The translations under genes and the position numbers were made by a program. The notes beneath the pieces are model-generated. The model searched no databases, was not told the origin of the DNA, and saw only the letters and a program-made list of their open reading frames with translations. Source: Octopus sinensis (taxonomy: Eukaryota). From it: 64,000 nt of DNA. The number at the start of each line of letters is the position of its first letter. Positions within the stretch are counted from its first letter, which is position 1. Of this stretch, positions 47,246-59,387 are shown piece by piece. Location of the stretch: contig NC_043023.1 of assembly GCF_006345805.1 (NCBI RefSeq), positions 10,788,001-10,852,000 of the forward strand. Direction: 5' to 3'.

Positions 47246-48290
47246 ATCAGTTACACACTGGGGTCGATGTAATCGACTTAATACCTTTGTCTGTCCCCTC
47301 TGTGTGTAGACCCTTGTGGGCAGTAAAGAAATAGGTATTTCATTTGTCTTCGTGTTTTGAGTGCAAGTGCAATGGGGTTGACTTTGCCTTTCATCCTTTC
47401 GGAATCAATAGATTAAGTACCTATTTCTTTACTACCCACAAAGGGCTAAACACAGAGAGGACAAACGGATTAAGTTGAGTATATCAACCCTAGTGCTTAA
47501 CTGGTACTTATTTAATCGACCCCGAAAGGATGAAAGGCAAAGTTGACCTCGGCGGAATTTGAACTCAGAATGTAAAGACAGACGAAATACCTATTTCTTT
47601 ACTACCCACAAGGGGCTAAACACAGAAGGGACAAACGGATTAAATCGATTACATCCACCCCGGTGCGTAACTGGTACTTATTTAATCGACCTCAAAAGGA
47701 TGAAAGGCAAAGTTGACCTCGGCGGAATTTGAACTCAGAACATAAAGACAGACGAAATACCTATATCTTTACTACCCACAAGGGGCTAAACACAGAGAGG
47801 ACAAACAGATTAAATCGATTACATCGACCCCGGTGCGTAACTGGTACTTATTTAATCGACCCCGAAAGGATGAAAGGCAAAGTTGACCTCGGCGGAATTT
47901 GAACTCAGAATGTAGTAGCAGATGAAATATCACTAAGCATTTTGCCCGGCGTGCTAACGTTTCTGCCAGCTCACCATGGAGTCAATAAATTAAGTACCAG
48001 TTACAAACTGGGATCGATGTAATCAACCTAATCCCTTCCCCCAAATGTTAGGCCTTGTGCTTCCAGTACAAAGTATTATAAGGCAGCAAGCTGGCAGAAT
48101 TGTTAGCTTGCCAGGCTAAATGCTTGGCAGCGTTTCATCTCTCTTTATGTTCTGAGTTCAAATTCTGCCAAGGTTAACTTTGTCCTTTCATCCTTTCAGG
48201 GTCAATAAAATAAATACCAGTTAAGTACTGGGGTTGATGTAATCAACTAGCCCCTTCCCCCCGAAAATGGCTGGTCTTGTGCCAGATTTG
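47246..48290. mobile_element. SINE family A cluster with adjacent inverted copies
   Basis: Plus body 47250-47420, three minus bodies plus head to ~47975, then a plus copy 48080-48290. Confidence 0.75.
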
Positions 48291-48305
48291 AAAGCAAGAC
48301 ATTTG

Positions 48306-50061
48306 GGATCTTTTCCTTTTGAAGGCCAGATTTCAACATAATTTCTAGTTAACTAAACACTTTTAAACTTTGTATACTGGGAGAACGTGTCAAAATAAAA
48401 CATTTTTCGGATCCTTTCCTTTTGAACGGCAGTTTTCAACACAATTTCTAGTTAACTAAACACTTTTAAACTTTGTATACTGGGAGAACGTGTCAAAATA
48501 AAACATTTTTCGGATCTTTTCCTTTTGAACGGCAGTTTTCAACATAATTTCTAGTTAACTAAACACTTTTAAACTTTGTATACTGGGAGAACGTGTCAAA
48601 ATAAAACATTTTTCGGACCTTTTCCTTTTGAACGGCAGATGTCAACACAATTTCTACTTAACTAAACACTTTTAAACTTCGTATACTGGTAGAATGTGTC
48701 AAAATAAAACATTTTTTGGATCTTTTCCTTTTGAACGGCAGTTTTCAACATAATTTCTAGTTAACTAAACACTTTTAAACTTTGTATACTGGGAGAACGT
48801 GTCAAAATAAAACATTTTTCGGATCTTTTCCTTTTGAACGGCAGTTTTCAACATAATTTCTAGTTAACTAAACACTTTTAAACTTTGTATACTGGGAGAA
48901 CGTGTCAAAATAAAACATTTTTCGGATCTTTTCCTTTTGAACGGCAGTTTTCAACATAATTTCTAGTTAACTAAACACTTTTAAACTTTGTATACTGGGA
49001 GAACGTGTCAAAATAAAACATTTTTCGGATCTTTTCCTTTTGAACGGCAGTTTTCAACATAATTTCTAGTTAACTAAACACTTTTAAACTTGTATACTGG
49101 GAGAACGTGTCAAAATAAAACATTTTTCGGATCTTTTCCTTTTGAACGGCAGTTTTCAACATAATTTCTAGTTAACTAAACACTTTTAAACTTTGTATAC
49201 TGGGAGAACGTGTCAAAATAAAACATTTTTCGGATCTTTTCCTTTTGAACGGCAGTTTTCAACATAATTTCTAGTTAACTAAACACTTTTAAACTTTGTA
49301 TACTGGGAGAACGTGTCAAAAAAAACATTTTTCGGATCTTTTCCTTTTGAACGGCAGTTTTCAACATAATTTCTAGTTAACTAACACTTTTAAACTTTGT
49401 ATACTGGAGAACGTGTCAAAATAAAACATTTTTCGGATCTTTTCCTTTTGAACGGCAGTTTTCAACATAATTTCTAGTTAACTAAACATTTTTAAACTTC
49501 GTATACTGGTAGGATGTGTCAAAATAAAACATTTTTTTTCTCTTGGCTTTCTTGAGAAAATTGTAATTTGTTAGTTTAACGTAGTTTAATTTTTCGAATT
49601 GTAACCAATCCTATGCTCTCTTTTCAGCTAAAATCATTTGCTGCATCTAAAACTGAGACAACATCCTGTCACTAACCCTAAACCTCCCCCCTAACCCTAA
49701 ATTTTTTTTTCTTAATTGTTAAATTAATTTAATTGTTATGAGTGTAAAAAAAACTAAAGCAATGGAATTAAATTAATTTAACAATTAAGAAAAAAAAATT
49801 TAGGGTTAGGGTTAGTGAGAGGATGTTGTCTCAGTTTTAGACGCAGCAAATGATTTTAGTTGAATGGAGGTAATCGATTGGTTAAAATTGCCAAAATGCT
49901 CGGATTTTCAGATGAAATATCTTACAAATTATAGAATTTTCTCAATAAAACCAAGAGAAAAAAATGTTTTATTTTGACACATTCTACCAGTATACGAAGT
50001 TTATAAGTGTTTAGTTAACTAGAAATTGTGTTACAAAGTGCCGTTCAAAAGGAAAAGATCC
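48306..50061. mobile_element. Merlin-like MITE whose left ~103-bp end is tandemly amplified 12 times
   Basis: TIR starts at 48306, 48409, 48512, 48615, 48718, 48821, 48924, 49027, 49129, 49232, 49334 and 49435; a single right TIR ends at 50061; flanks gacatttg / aacatttg. Confidence 0.9.
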
Positions 50062-50279
50062 AACATTTGTACTCAGAGCCAAAGGTGGCTTCAGCCTGGT
50101 TGGTATCAAAAGGGTTAACCATTCAATATACATTTGATATGGGGAAAAAGATTAAACAACACATTTTGTAGTTTTAAGCATTCAATATGCATTTAATATG
50201 AGAAAAAAGGAATAAACAAAACAACACATTTTGTAGTTTTAAGAGCAGAAGAAATAAACTGTAAACCAACATCAATGGA

Positions 50280-50995
50280 AATTGTAACTGTGATACCAGT
50301 GTCGGTGGCACGTAAAAGAAACCATCCGAACATGGCCGTAGCTAGCGCTGCATCGACTGGCCTCCGTGCTGCTGGCATGTAACAAACATCATCCGATCGT
50401 GACTGTTGCCAGCCTTGCCTAGCCTCTGTGCCTGTGGCACGTAAAAGGCACCATCCGATCATGGCAGTTGCCAGCCTAGCCTGGCCTCTGTGCCGGTGGC
50501 ACATAAAAAGCACCATCCAAGCGTGGCCGTTCGTCAGCCTCATCTGGCCTCTGTGCCAGTGGCACGTAAAAAGCACCATCCGATCATGGCCATTTGCCAG
50601 CCTAGCCTAGCCTCTGTGCCGGTGGCACGTAAAAAGCACCAGTCAAGCGTGGCCGTTCGTCAGCCTCGTCTGGCCTCTGTGCCAGTGGCACGTAAAAAGC
50701 ACCATCCGATCGTGGCCGTTTGCCAGCCTAGTCCAGCCTCTGTGCCGGTGGCACGTAAAAAGCACCATCCAAGCGTGGCCATTCGCCAGCCTCGTCGGGC
50801 ACCTGTGCCGGTAGAACGTAAAAAGCACCCACTACACTCACGGGAGTGGTTGGTGTTAGGAAGGGCATCCAGCTGTAGAAACACTGCCAGAACTGACTGG
50901 GCCTGGTGCAGCCTTCGGGCTTCCCAGACCCCAGTCGAACCGTCCAAGCCATGCTAGAATGGAAAGCGGACGTTAAACAATGATGATGATGAAAC
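50280..50995 (-). mobile_element. RTE-tail repeat with ~9 internal 59-bp tandem units
   Basis: Repeated ggcacgtaaaaagcaccatccgatcgtggccgtttgccagcc..gcctctgtgcc.gt. Confidence 0.75.
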
Positions 50996-51065
50996 AGATG
51001 AAGCATTTATCAAAATATCCATTGCATCAGAAAAAAGAAAATGTCCAGTTTGGCAAAAATAGTAA

Positions 51066-51228
51066 ACAGCAGGAGTGGCTGTGTGGTAAGTAGCTTGTTT
51101 ACCAACCACATGGTTCCGGGTTCAGTCCCACTGCGTGGCATCTTGGGCAAGTGTATTCTGCTATAGCCCCAGGCCGACCAATGCCTTGAGAGTGGATTTG
51201 GTAGATGGAAACTGAACGAAGCCTGTCG

Positions 51229-51265
<37 letters not shown>

Positions 51266-51482
51266 ATATGTGTTTGTGTGTCTGTGTTTGTCTCCCCTGG
51301 CATTGCTTGACAACCGATGCTGGTGTGTTTACGTCGCCGTTACTTAGCGGTTCGGCAAAAGAGAGCAATAGAATAAGTACTAGGCTTACAAAGAATAAGT
51401 CCCGGGGTCGATTTGCTCGACTAAAAGGCGGTGCTCCAGCATGGCCGCAGTCAAATGACTGAAACAAGTAAAAGATAAAGAG
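51066..51482 (+). mobile_element. SINE family B full-length copy abutting the 3' end of the transposase ORF
   Basis: Head, (TA)n and tail intact. Confidence 0.8.
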
Positions 51483-51496
51483 CCCCTTAGTTCTGT

Positions 51497-52363
51497 TCAT
51501 GAAAAACGAAAGTTTGCGATGCACTCAAGTAGTTTATCAAGCAAATTACAATTTTCATATTTCCTGCGCCACATAAACTCACAGAGATATGAGTCAACCA
51601 TAGAAGGGTGAGTGCCACGGCGTCGTTTGATACCTTCTTTTATAGAGGCCTGGGTACTCTCCACTTGTTGAATGTCAGTACCATCTTCCAATTTGACAAA
51701 CGCAATGCTTTGGTTCACTGTACCATGTTCAAAATAATAACCATCAATTTCAGGAATGTGAGAGTATGCCCTCCACATATCACTATAAATTGTGGTCCCT
51801 GGAAGAATCAACTTCTGTATGCATTCCTCCAGTGTGTCACGATTCCGACATGGCACCGCATAAAGAAAAACCTCTCTGGTCTCAAGACACACACCCCCAT
51901 AAACCCACTGCTCAGGTAGGATCTCTCCATGGTTGTATTTAAGTCTTGAAAAGACCGTTTCATCCATCTCAACAATCTTCCCAGGACCCCCAATTTTAAC
52001 TGGGTTGCGTATAAGGTCCTCCGCGCATATTTCCCGAACAAAGCAGTTGTATTCAACAGCCGTGCTGTGGCTCATGCCCAATTTTTCAACACAAAACTGG
52101 ACTGAAGTCAATTCCTTGACCCATGAGTGAAGGAAAAGCACCACAGTCCTAAGAGGAAGGGTTCTACCTTCCAACCACGTACCTTTTCTCACTGATACAG
52201 ACTCCATGCATCCTCTGTGGGAGCACCGCCAATAAATGTTCCTACCACGGACTTTTTTTAACATATAATGCTTTTTATTTTTGCATACTTTTATCTTGGG
52301 GATAATACCCTTCTCTTGCAAGTAAGAAACTGCATCCGCCTCTGTTTTTATTGTCTCCATCAT
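51497..52363 (-). CDS. Merlin (IS1595/ISXO2-like) DDE transposase-derived protein, 288 aa
   Basis: Motifs IGGPGKIVEMDET (D134), WVYGG, TIYSDMWRAY (D195), HGTVN, QVES (E235) and SYLCEFMWRR; uninterrupted ATG-to-stop ORF. Confidence 0.9.
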   Translation of the reverse strand: MMETIKTEADAVSYLQEKGIIPKIKVCKNKKHYMLKKVRGRNIYWRCSHRGCMESVSVRKGTWLEGRTLPLRTVVLFLHSWVKELTSVQFCVEKLGMSHSTAVEYNCFVREICAEDLIRNPVKIGGPGKIVEMDETVFSRLKYNHGEILPEQWVYGGVCLETREVFLYAVPCRNRDTLEECIQKLILPGTTIYSDMWRAYSHIPEIDGYYFEHGTVNQSIAFVKLEDGTDIQQVESTQASIKEGIKRRRGTHPSMVDSYLCEFMWRRKYENCNLLDKLLECIANFRFS

Positions 52364-52575
52364 ATATGAAAGGCAAGTATCAAAAATACAATATAAAATA
52401 TCCCAAAATAGTAACAGATGGGTACAAGCAGGAAAGCACAGTGTAAAATATCAGTTTGTAAACACAAGTGGTTTATGTAGGAGAATTCTGATGCTCAGCT
52501 GGTTAATGGATCTGATGTAAATAATTCTTTGAGGCCAGTGTCATCTGATGCTCTGAAATTATAGAAAATGAGAAC
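52364..52575 (-). promoter_or_regulatory. ZNF-family splice acceptor (tataatttcag|52552) and 189-nt leader upstream of the Merlin ORF
   Basis: 31/41 identity to the first bases of the gene 1 leader; 20/23 to gene 3 (20562-20584); the 11 nt before the junction are identical to gene 6. Confidence 0.7.
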
Positions 52576-52699
52576 TTTGTAAGATATAGAGGTTAATTAA
52601 AAAGCAGAGGAGAAATCTCTAGTCATCATTTATTCTCCCACTCTCCTCTTGTTTCCACCCAACTTATATTTATCGACCATCCTTTCATCATTTATTTCT

Positions 52700-53740
52700 A
52701 TACCTATTTCTTTATTACCCACAAGGGGCTAAACATAGAGGGAACAAACAAGGACAGACATAGGTATTAAGTCGATTACATCGACCTCAGTGCGTAACTG
52801 GTACTTGTTTAATCGACCCCGAAAGGATGAAAGGTAAAGTCGACCTCGGCGGAATTTGAACTCACAACGTAACAGCAGACGAAATACCTATTTCTTTACT
52901 ACCCACAAGGGGCTAAACACAGAGAGGACAAACAAGGACAGACAGATGGATAAAGTCGATTATATCGACCCCAGTGCGTAACTGGTACTTAATTTATCGA
53001 CCCCGAAAGGATGAAAGGCAAAGTTGACCTCGGCGGAATTTGAACTCACAACGTAACGGCAGACAAAATACCCGGCGTGCTAACGTTTCTGCCAGCTCAC
53101 CGACTGGTCAGCAAACAGGAGTGAATTACCCCACGCTAGTTAAAATGAAACTTTTGGGAATAATGAGGCCTCGACGACTGGCACCCACGCCAACTTCCTT
53201 TCATTGGACACTAAACTCTGCTTGCGAAAACCTGTTGGGCAAGTGAAATCGAAATTGAACCAAAATTCGATGACTGGCACCCGTGCCAGTGGAGCACTAA
53301 CAGCTCCATCTGAGCGGGATCACTGTCAGAGTGGCTGTCTGGCTTCCGTGCTGGTGGGCACATAAAAAGCACCATTTGAGCGTGATCGTTACCAGCATCA
53401 CCTTACTGGCACTTGTGCCAGTGGTACGTGAACAAAACATTCGAGCGAGGTCGTTGCCAGTGCCGCTGGACTGACTCCTGTGCAGGTGGCACGTAAAAAA
53501 CACCATTTCAAGCGTGGCCATTGCCAGTACCGCCAGACTGGCCCTCGTGTTGGTGGCATGTAAAAGCACCCACTACACTCTCAGAGTGATTGGTGTTAGG
53601 AAGGGCATCCAGCTGTAGAAACTCTGCCAGATCAAGACTGGAGCCTGGCGCAGCCATCTGATTTGCCAGTCCTCAGTCAAATCGTCCAACCCATGCTAGC
53701 ATGGAAAGCGGATGTTAAACGATGATGATGATGATGATAT
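52700..53740 (-). mobile_element. SINE family A (2 bodies, 52700-53100) and RTE-tail repeat (53190-53740)
   Basis: Family motifs as above. Confidence 0.75.
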
Positions 53741-53794
53741 AAAAAGAATGTTCCTTGTAACAACAGAAATAAATATTTATGAAGATATTTCACC

Positions 53795-54470
53795 TTAACC
53801 CTTTCATTACCAACCCGGCTGAAACCAGCTCTGGCTCTGAGTACAAATGTCTTGTTTTTATAAGTTTTGAATTAAAATTTACCACCAAACCTTTGTTACA
53901 ATTTATGTTCCTAACACTAGTTTAATGATAACCAAGTTATTTTACTAAATTCTTTGTTATATTTAAAGTAATTGAAAGAAACAGAGCATCTCAAAATAAA
54001 TACAGTAACAAAAGGGTTAAAGTTCTCATATTTCAGTAATTTCAATCAATCAATGACGTGTATTCAGCTGAATAAAATTACTGCCGTTGTTTGTCAACAA
54101 CAACTATCGGCGGTGTATTTTTTCTTTGTCACTGTTATTTATGGCATCATTCGTGTGTTTGTACGTGTTATAAGGTTTTAGGGTTAGGGTTGTCATAAAT
54201 ACCAGTGACAAACGAAATATACACCACCGGAAGTTGTTGTTGACAAACAACAGCAGTAATTTTATTCAGCTGAATACACGTCACTGATTGGTTGAAATTA
54301 CCGAAATACGAGAACTTTATGGTGACATATCTTCATAAATATAAGCTTTTCTCAAAAATGCTAAGAGTAAAAGATGTTTTATATGAAACATTCTACCAGT
54401 GTCCGAAGTTTGAAAGTGTTTAGTTACAAAAAATTATTTTCTCGATCTGCCGGTCAAAAGGTAAAGAACC
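53795..54470. mobile_element. piggyBac-like MITE monomer (53795-54020) followed by a related GG-terminal MITE right part with internal palindrome (54021-54470)
   Basis: TTAA termini; palindrome 54022-54316 centred on tagggttagggtt; end ggtcaaaaggtaaagaacc. Confidence 0.6.
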
Positions 54471-54497
54471 TAAATGATTTAAGAGAAATGCTGAGTA

Positions 54498-55100
54498 TAG
54501 GCGCAGGAGTGGCTGTGTGGTAAGTAGCTTGCTAACCAACCACATGGTTCCGGGTTCAGTCCCACTGTGTGGCATCTTGGGCATGTGTGTCTTCTGTTAT
54601 AGCCCCGGGCCGACCAATGCCTTGTGAGTGGATTTGGTAGACGGAAACTGAAAGAAGCCTGTCGTATATATATATATATGTGTGTGTGTGTTTGTGTGTC
54701 TGTTTGTCTCCCTAGCATTGCTTGACGTGTGTTTACGTCCCCGTCACTTAGCGGTTCGGCAAAAGAGACCGATAGAATAAGTACTGGGCTTACTAAGAAT
54801 AAGTCCCGGGGTCGATTTGCTCGACTAAAAGGCGGTGCTCCAGCATGGCCGCAGTCAAATGACTGAAACAAGTAAAAGAGTATAAGAGGCATCAGATGTT
54901 GTGTGCAAGAGAGAAGGCTGTGCTGCTTTGGTCATGCAATGCATATAGATGAAGACAGCCGCATAAAGAAGTGCCAGGCCCTAATTGTGGAGGGAAACTG
55001 TGGAAGAGGTAGACACAGGAAGATGTGGGGCAAAGTGGGTAGAAAGGACCTTTGGAAGCTGGGCCTCACTGAAGAAATGACAACGAACCAGGAGATGTAG
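54498..55100 (+). mobile_element. SINE family B (54498-54885) and RTE ORF C-terminal fragment (54903-55100)
   Basis: RRLCCFGHAMHIDED...GRGRHRKMW...DL resembles the RTE pattern RRLRWFGHV.R....GRGRP...W. Confidence 0.7.
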
Positions 55101-56129
55101 CAATTTGTTGTACTTGAGAAGAGGCATCAAGCTAAGTAAAATCAGGTGGTCATGAGATATGCTAAAAACAACAGCTAAATACCCCTTAAATCACCCTCAA
55201 AGAATTTTTCTATGGTTTTGCCTAATCGTATATATTCCCATACGGTGAACACAAATTCACAAAAACCTCCAGCAATAGACCATCAAATGTATTTCATCAT
55301 AATCATCATCATTTAGCGTCCGTTTTCCATGCTAGCATGGGTTGGATGGTTCGACCAGGGTCTGGGAAGCCAGGTGGCTGCACCAGGCTCCAGTCTGATC
55401 TGGCAGTGTTTCTACAGCTGGATGCCCTTCCTAACGCCAACCTCTCCATGAGTGTAGTGGGTGGTTTTTATGTGCCACCGGCACAGGTGCTAGGAGAGGC
55501 TGGCAACAACCACGATCGGTTGGTGGTTTTTACGTGCCACCAACATGGAAGACAGTCAAGGCGGCACTGGCATCGGCCACGTACAGATGGAGCTTTTTAC
55601 GTGCCACCGGCACAGGTGCTAGAGGGGGATAGAAAGATATTGAAAAACATTAATACATCAGAGGGACAAACAAGGAGAGAATGAGGTGGTCATCAGATGT
55701 GCTAAAAATAACAGCTAAATACTCCTTAAATCATGCAGTAAATTATTTTTATTTTGGATTTTGCCTAATCATATGAATTCCCTTGTGTTAAACTCAAATT
55801 CACAAAAATTCCCAGCAATGGAGCATTAAATGTGTTTGTGGGGATAAAGATATTGAAAAATATCAATACGTAATAATTACAAACGAGAAGGGTATGAGGT
55901 GGTCATGAGATATGCTAAAAATAACAGCTAAATAGCCCTTAAATAATGCACCAACAATTTTTTTCAGTGGTGAGGGTTGCATAATCATATGAATTCTTGT
56001 GCAGAACACAAATTAATAATATTTTTCTGAAAATTACGAAAAGTTATGAGAGGTTACATGCCATGCACAAAACAGATTCCACCTTGAAAATATATGAATT
56101 TTGAAACTTTTAAATTCAATAAGCATATA

Positions 56130-56603
56130 CCGTAAATCCTCGAGTATAATCCGCAGGGGATTTTTAGGGGTTGTACCTCTGAAAAACCTAAACCTTGTGT
56201 ATAACTCGAGTCAAGGAGGTCTATATAACGTCCTTGGTTTGTAAAATTGTATACGGTAACGTCCTTTATTATTATTGTATATATAACATAATGCAAATGT
56301 GTAGCTTTTTTGTGCATTTTGTTTGCAGAAAATAAAGAAATAACAGTAATAACGTTTAATAAATGTTGCTTACTGCAAGTTATGGATGATTCTTTTATGA
56401 CTTCATTGCTTTCAGGCTTAGCTTTAAGGTATTTTCACGCCCGACATCACAAAATGCGTCTGAATAAACATTGCCGGACAGCAAATAGTCTCGGACATTG
56501 CTTAGGAAATGATTTTCATTTTTAACCTCGTATATAGTACGCACTAGGGATTTTGATCTTTAAATTTTTGGAAAAAATGTGGATTATACTCGAAGATTTA
56601 CGG
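56130..56603. mobile_element. Tc1/mariner-superfamily (Tc2/pogo-like) MITE with TA TSD
   Basis: ta|ccgtaaatcctcgagtataatcc ... ggattatactcgaagatttacgg|ta. Confidence 0.75.
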
Positions 56604-57264
56604 TAGATAGATATGAAAGTCTTTCTGGGGCTATAAACAATAGTACTACCGTCTTCTATAGGAAGACGGACGGAAGTCTTTCCAATTAATGTTTGTTTCT
56701 CATAAAATGGTGTTTATTTAATTTACATTCAATTATTATTTACGATTATTTAAGGCAAACACAAGCAAATCGCAAATTCTTTTCACTTTACATGTTTTTG
56801 TGTGTATTTAATTTCGATTTGCATATGTTCGTCGATTCGCTACGATCTCTTTAAAATAAACCAAATCAAAAAATTAAAATTAGAGAAAGGGGGGGAAAAA
56901 TAAATTTTTTTTTGCATATTCGTAATCTCCGATATCTAAAACGTAAAAATATGGGGGGGAATGCATTTTTCAAGCCCCTAAAATTCAAATCTTAAATCGA
57001 TGGAAACACAAATACCAGCGAAGAAAGAAAAAAACAACATCAATTTAATACTTATCGTAGGTGTTCGAGCATTCTAGCATGTTGTTTCTGCGCGTTTCCG
57101 TAAGACTAATTAAACTGACTTAATTATTATATTTAAAGACAATAAAACAACATAATTAAACATTTTAGTCGACAATTGGTGAGTCCAGCACTTCGTTTCT
57201 ATTACGGCCCTTTCTGTTTTGTATCTGAGGTTGTTGTTGTACGTAAATAATGGAGAAATTTACC

Positions 57265-57727
57265 TTGTTCGCCCAGGTTGTTTTAGAGTTTTTACGAAGA
57301 GGAACAGAAGCGAAAATATCTTTTCTTTACTTAATCAAGCAAAGAGATTCAGAGTTGCAGTGGCTACCGGTGACGAGATTCGAACCTGCTGCTTCCACAG
57401 CGAAAAGGAAATCTTATTTTGTTTGCCCAGGTTGTTTTAGGGCTTTTACGAAGAGGAACGGAAGCGAAAATATCTTTTCTTTTACTCAATCAAGCAAAGA
57501 GATTCAGGGTTGCAGTGGCTACCGGTGACGAGATTCGAACCTGCTGCTTCCACAGCGAAAAGGAAATCTTACTTTGTTTGCCCAGGTTGTTTTAGGGCTT
57601 TTACGAAGAGGAACAGAAGCGAAAATATCTTTTCTTTTACTCAATCAAGCAAAGAGATTCAGGGTTGCAGTGGCTACCGGTGACGAGATTCGAACCTGCT
57701 GCTTCCACAGCGAAAAAGAAATTTTAT
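57265..57727. repeat. Three tandem ~155-bp units containing a tRNA-like (His-like) fragment on the minus strand
   Basis: Units start at 57265, 57419 and 57574; the minus strand has cgctgtggaagcagcaggttcgaatctcgtcaccggta. Confidence 0.7.
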
Positions 57728-58501
57728 CTCTGACATCACTTCCGCTTCAGATTCATTTCAAATCATTTAATTTGAGATGTCTCTCAAATAATTGCTGAGA
57801 AGAAATTGCTGCATAATTTACATTATGTTATATTTGAAAGCAAGGGAATCTAAATTATGAACACAAACCTTAATTAACGAGATAATTACATACAAAGGAG
57901 TGCGGGTCTTAACATGAGTTGTCGTTCTTTGCGTGCACATTGCATGCCTCATTAATTTCTGGTTAATTAATGGTGTTTGGTGGTTGTTGCCGCTTCATCC
58001 TTTCTCATTTACCTTCTAAGCATGTTTTATAGCAATATCCTTTACGATACATTTCCCTAAGTATCACTACCACCTCGCACAGTCTTTAAGAATTTTCGTT
58101 TTCACACATTTCCCGTAAGTATTCTCAAGACATTTTCAAATATTCGAATAATTTATGAAAGCTACAAATGTTAACGAACTTTGGGAATAGTTGTCGCACA
58201 TGAGTTATACCGTCTCCGTTCTTTGTTAAGATATTTTTACAATGTTTCTATTTTTGTATCTCATATTTCAAAACAATGGGGAAGCAAGGAGCCTAAAAAA
58301 CGCATTTATTAATCTTAAATCTCTGCGCATCGCCATTGTTCCTTGAGTACAATAGTCACCAATTAAAACCTTTTTATTTTTTGGAATTTTCAGAAGATTT
58401 TTGCGAATTTGTTCTAAACACGGTAATTTATATGATTATGAAAACAAATTTCTTTTTTTTTTAATCTTTCGAAATAAAAAAAAAGCATTAAAAAAAAAAA
58501 C

Positions 58502-58715
58502 GGGACTACTTGTGAACAGTGCGCGCACTCACGCATATCGCCAACTAGTCCTGACTAGTTGATCCTTACTTTGTGTTTTGGTGTTATTTACTTTGTATAA
58601 AAAAATTATTTATTTTGTGTTTTATTTACTTTGCTTGGTAGTCGTTGTAGGATCGACTACTTACGACTAGCTAGCGCAGATGCGCGCACCGGGACCACTG
58701 TTCGCTAGTAGTACC
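58502..58715. mobile_element. CG-rich GG-terminal MITE with near-8-bp TSD
   Basis: gggactact..gaacagtg..gcgcgca / tgcgcgcaccgggaccactgttcgctagtagtacc; flanks aaaaaaac / aaaaaaat. Confidence 0.65.
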
Positions 58716-58985
58716 AAAAAAATTATTTTAAACCACAGATTAAAATACGGACAGTATGAATTTTTGGTTTAAATCCCAGCGATAAACCAGAAACGATAAC
58801 AGTATGAGGTGATCATGTGAGATGCTAAAAATAACAGCTAAATACCCCTTAAATCACACTTTTTTTTTTTGCATAATTGTATGAATTCCCGTGTTTAGAA
58901 TACAAATTCGCAAAAATTTTCAGAAAATTCTGAAAAATAAAAAAAATTATGACGGATTGTTAAGGGTGTTTAAAACAGAATTGCC

Positions 58986-59387
58986 GGATCTTTTCGGTTT
59001 GACCGGCAGTTTTTTAAATAATTTCCACGTAACTAAACACTTTTAAACTTCGTATACTGTTAGAATGTGTTTATAAAACATCTTTTTCTCTTGGCTTTAT
59101 TGAGAAAATTCTATAGTTTGTAAGATATTTGTTGTTTTTTTTTTCTGCAATTTCAACCAATCAATGACGTCTATTGAGGTGAAAACATTCTGTGCCGTAT
59201 GAATATGTACCTCGTTTAAGAAACAGATTGGGTTTATTTACATTTCTGAAGAAAAATAAAGATACCCTTCCCCCCACCCCTAACCCTAAAACATTGAAAT
59301 GCAATAGATCGATACTAGGGTCATAATTATGGGTGACAATTTCATGACACCGCTAGAAAAAAACTGCCGTTCAAACCGAAAAGATCC
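58986..59387. mobile_element. Complete Merlin-like MITE with 8-bp TSD gaattgcc
   Basis: ggatcttttcggtttgaccggcag / ctgccgttcaaaccgaaaagatcc; TSD at 58978-58985 and 59388-59395. Confidence 0.85.

Noticed and set aside
51497-52363. Bacterial IS1595 contamination or recent horizontal transfer
   Set aside because: The ORF is embedded between host SINEs and behind a host-type splice acceptor; eukaryotic Merlin transposases are known IS1595 relatives.
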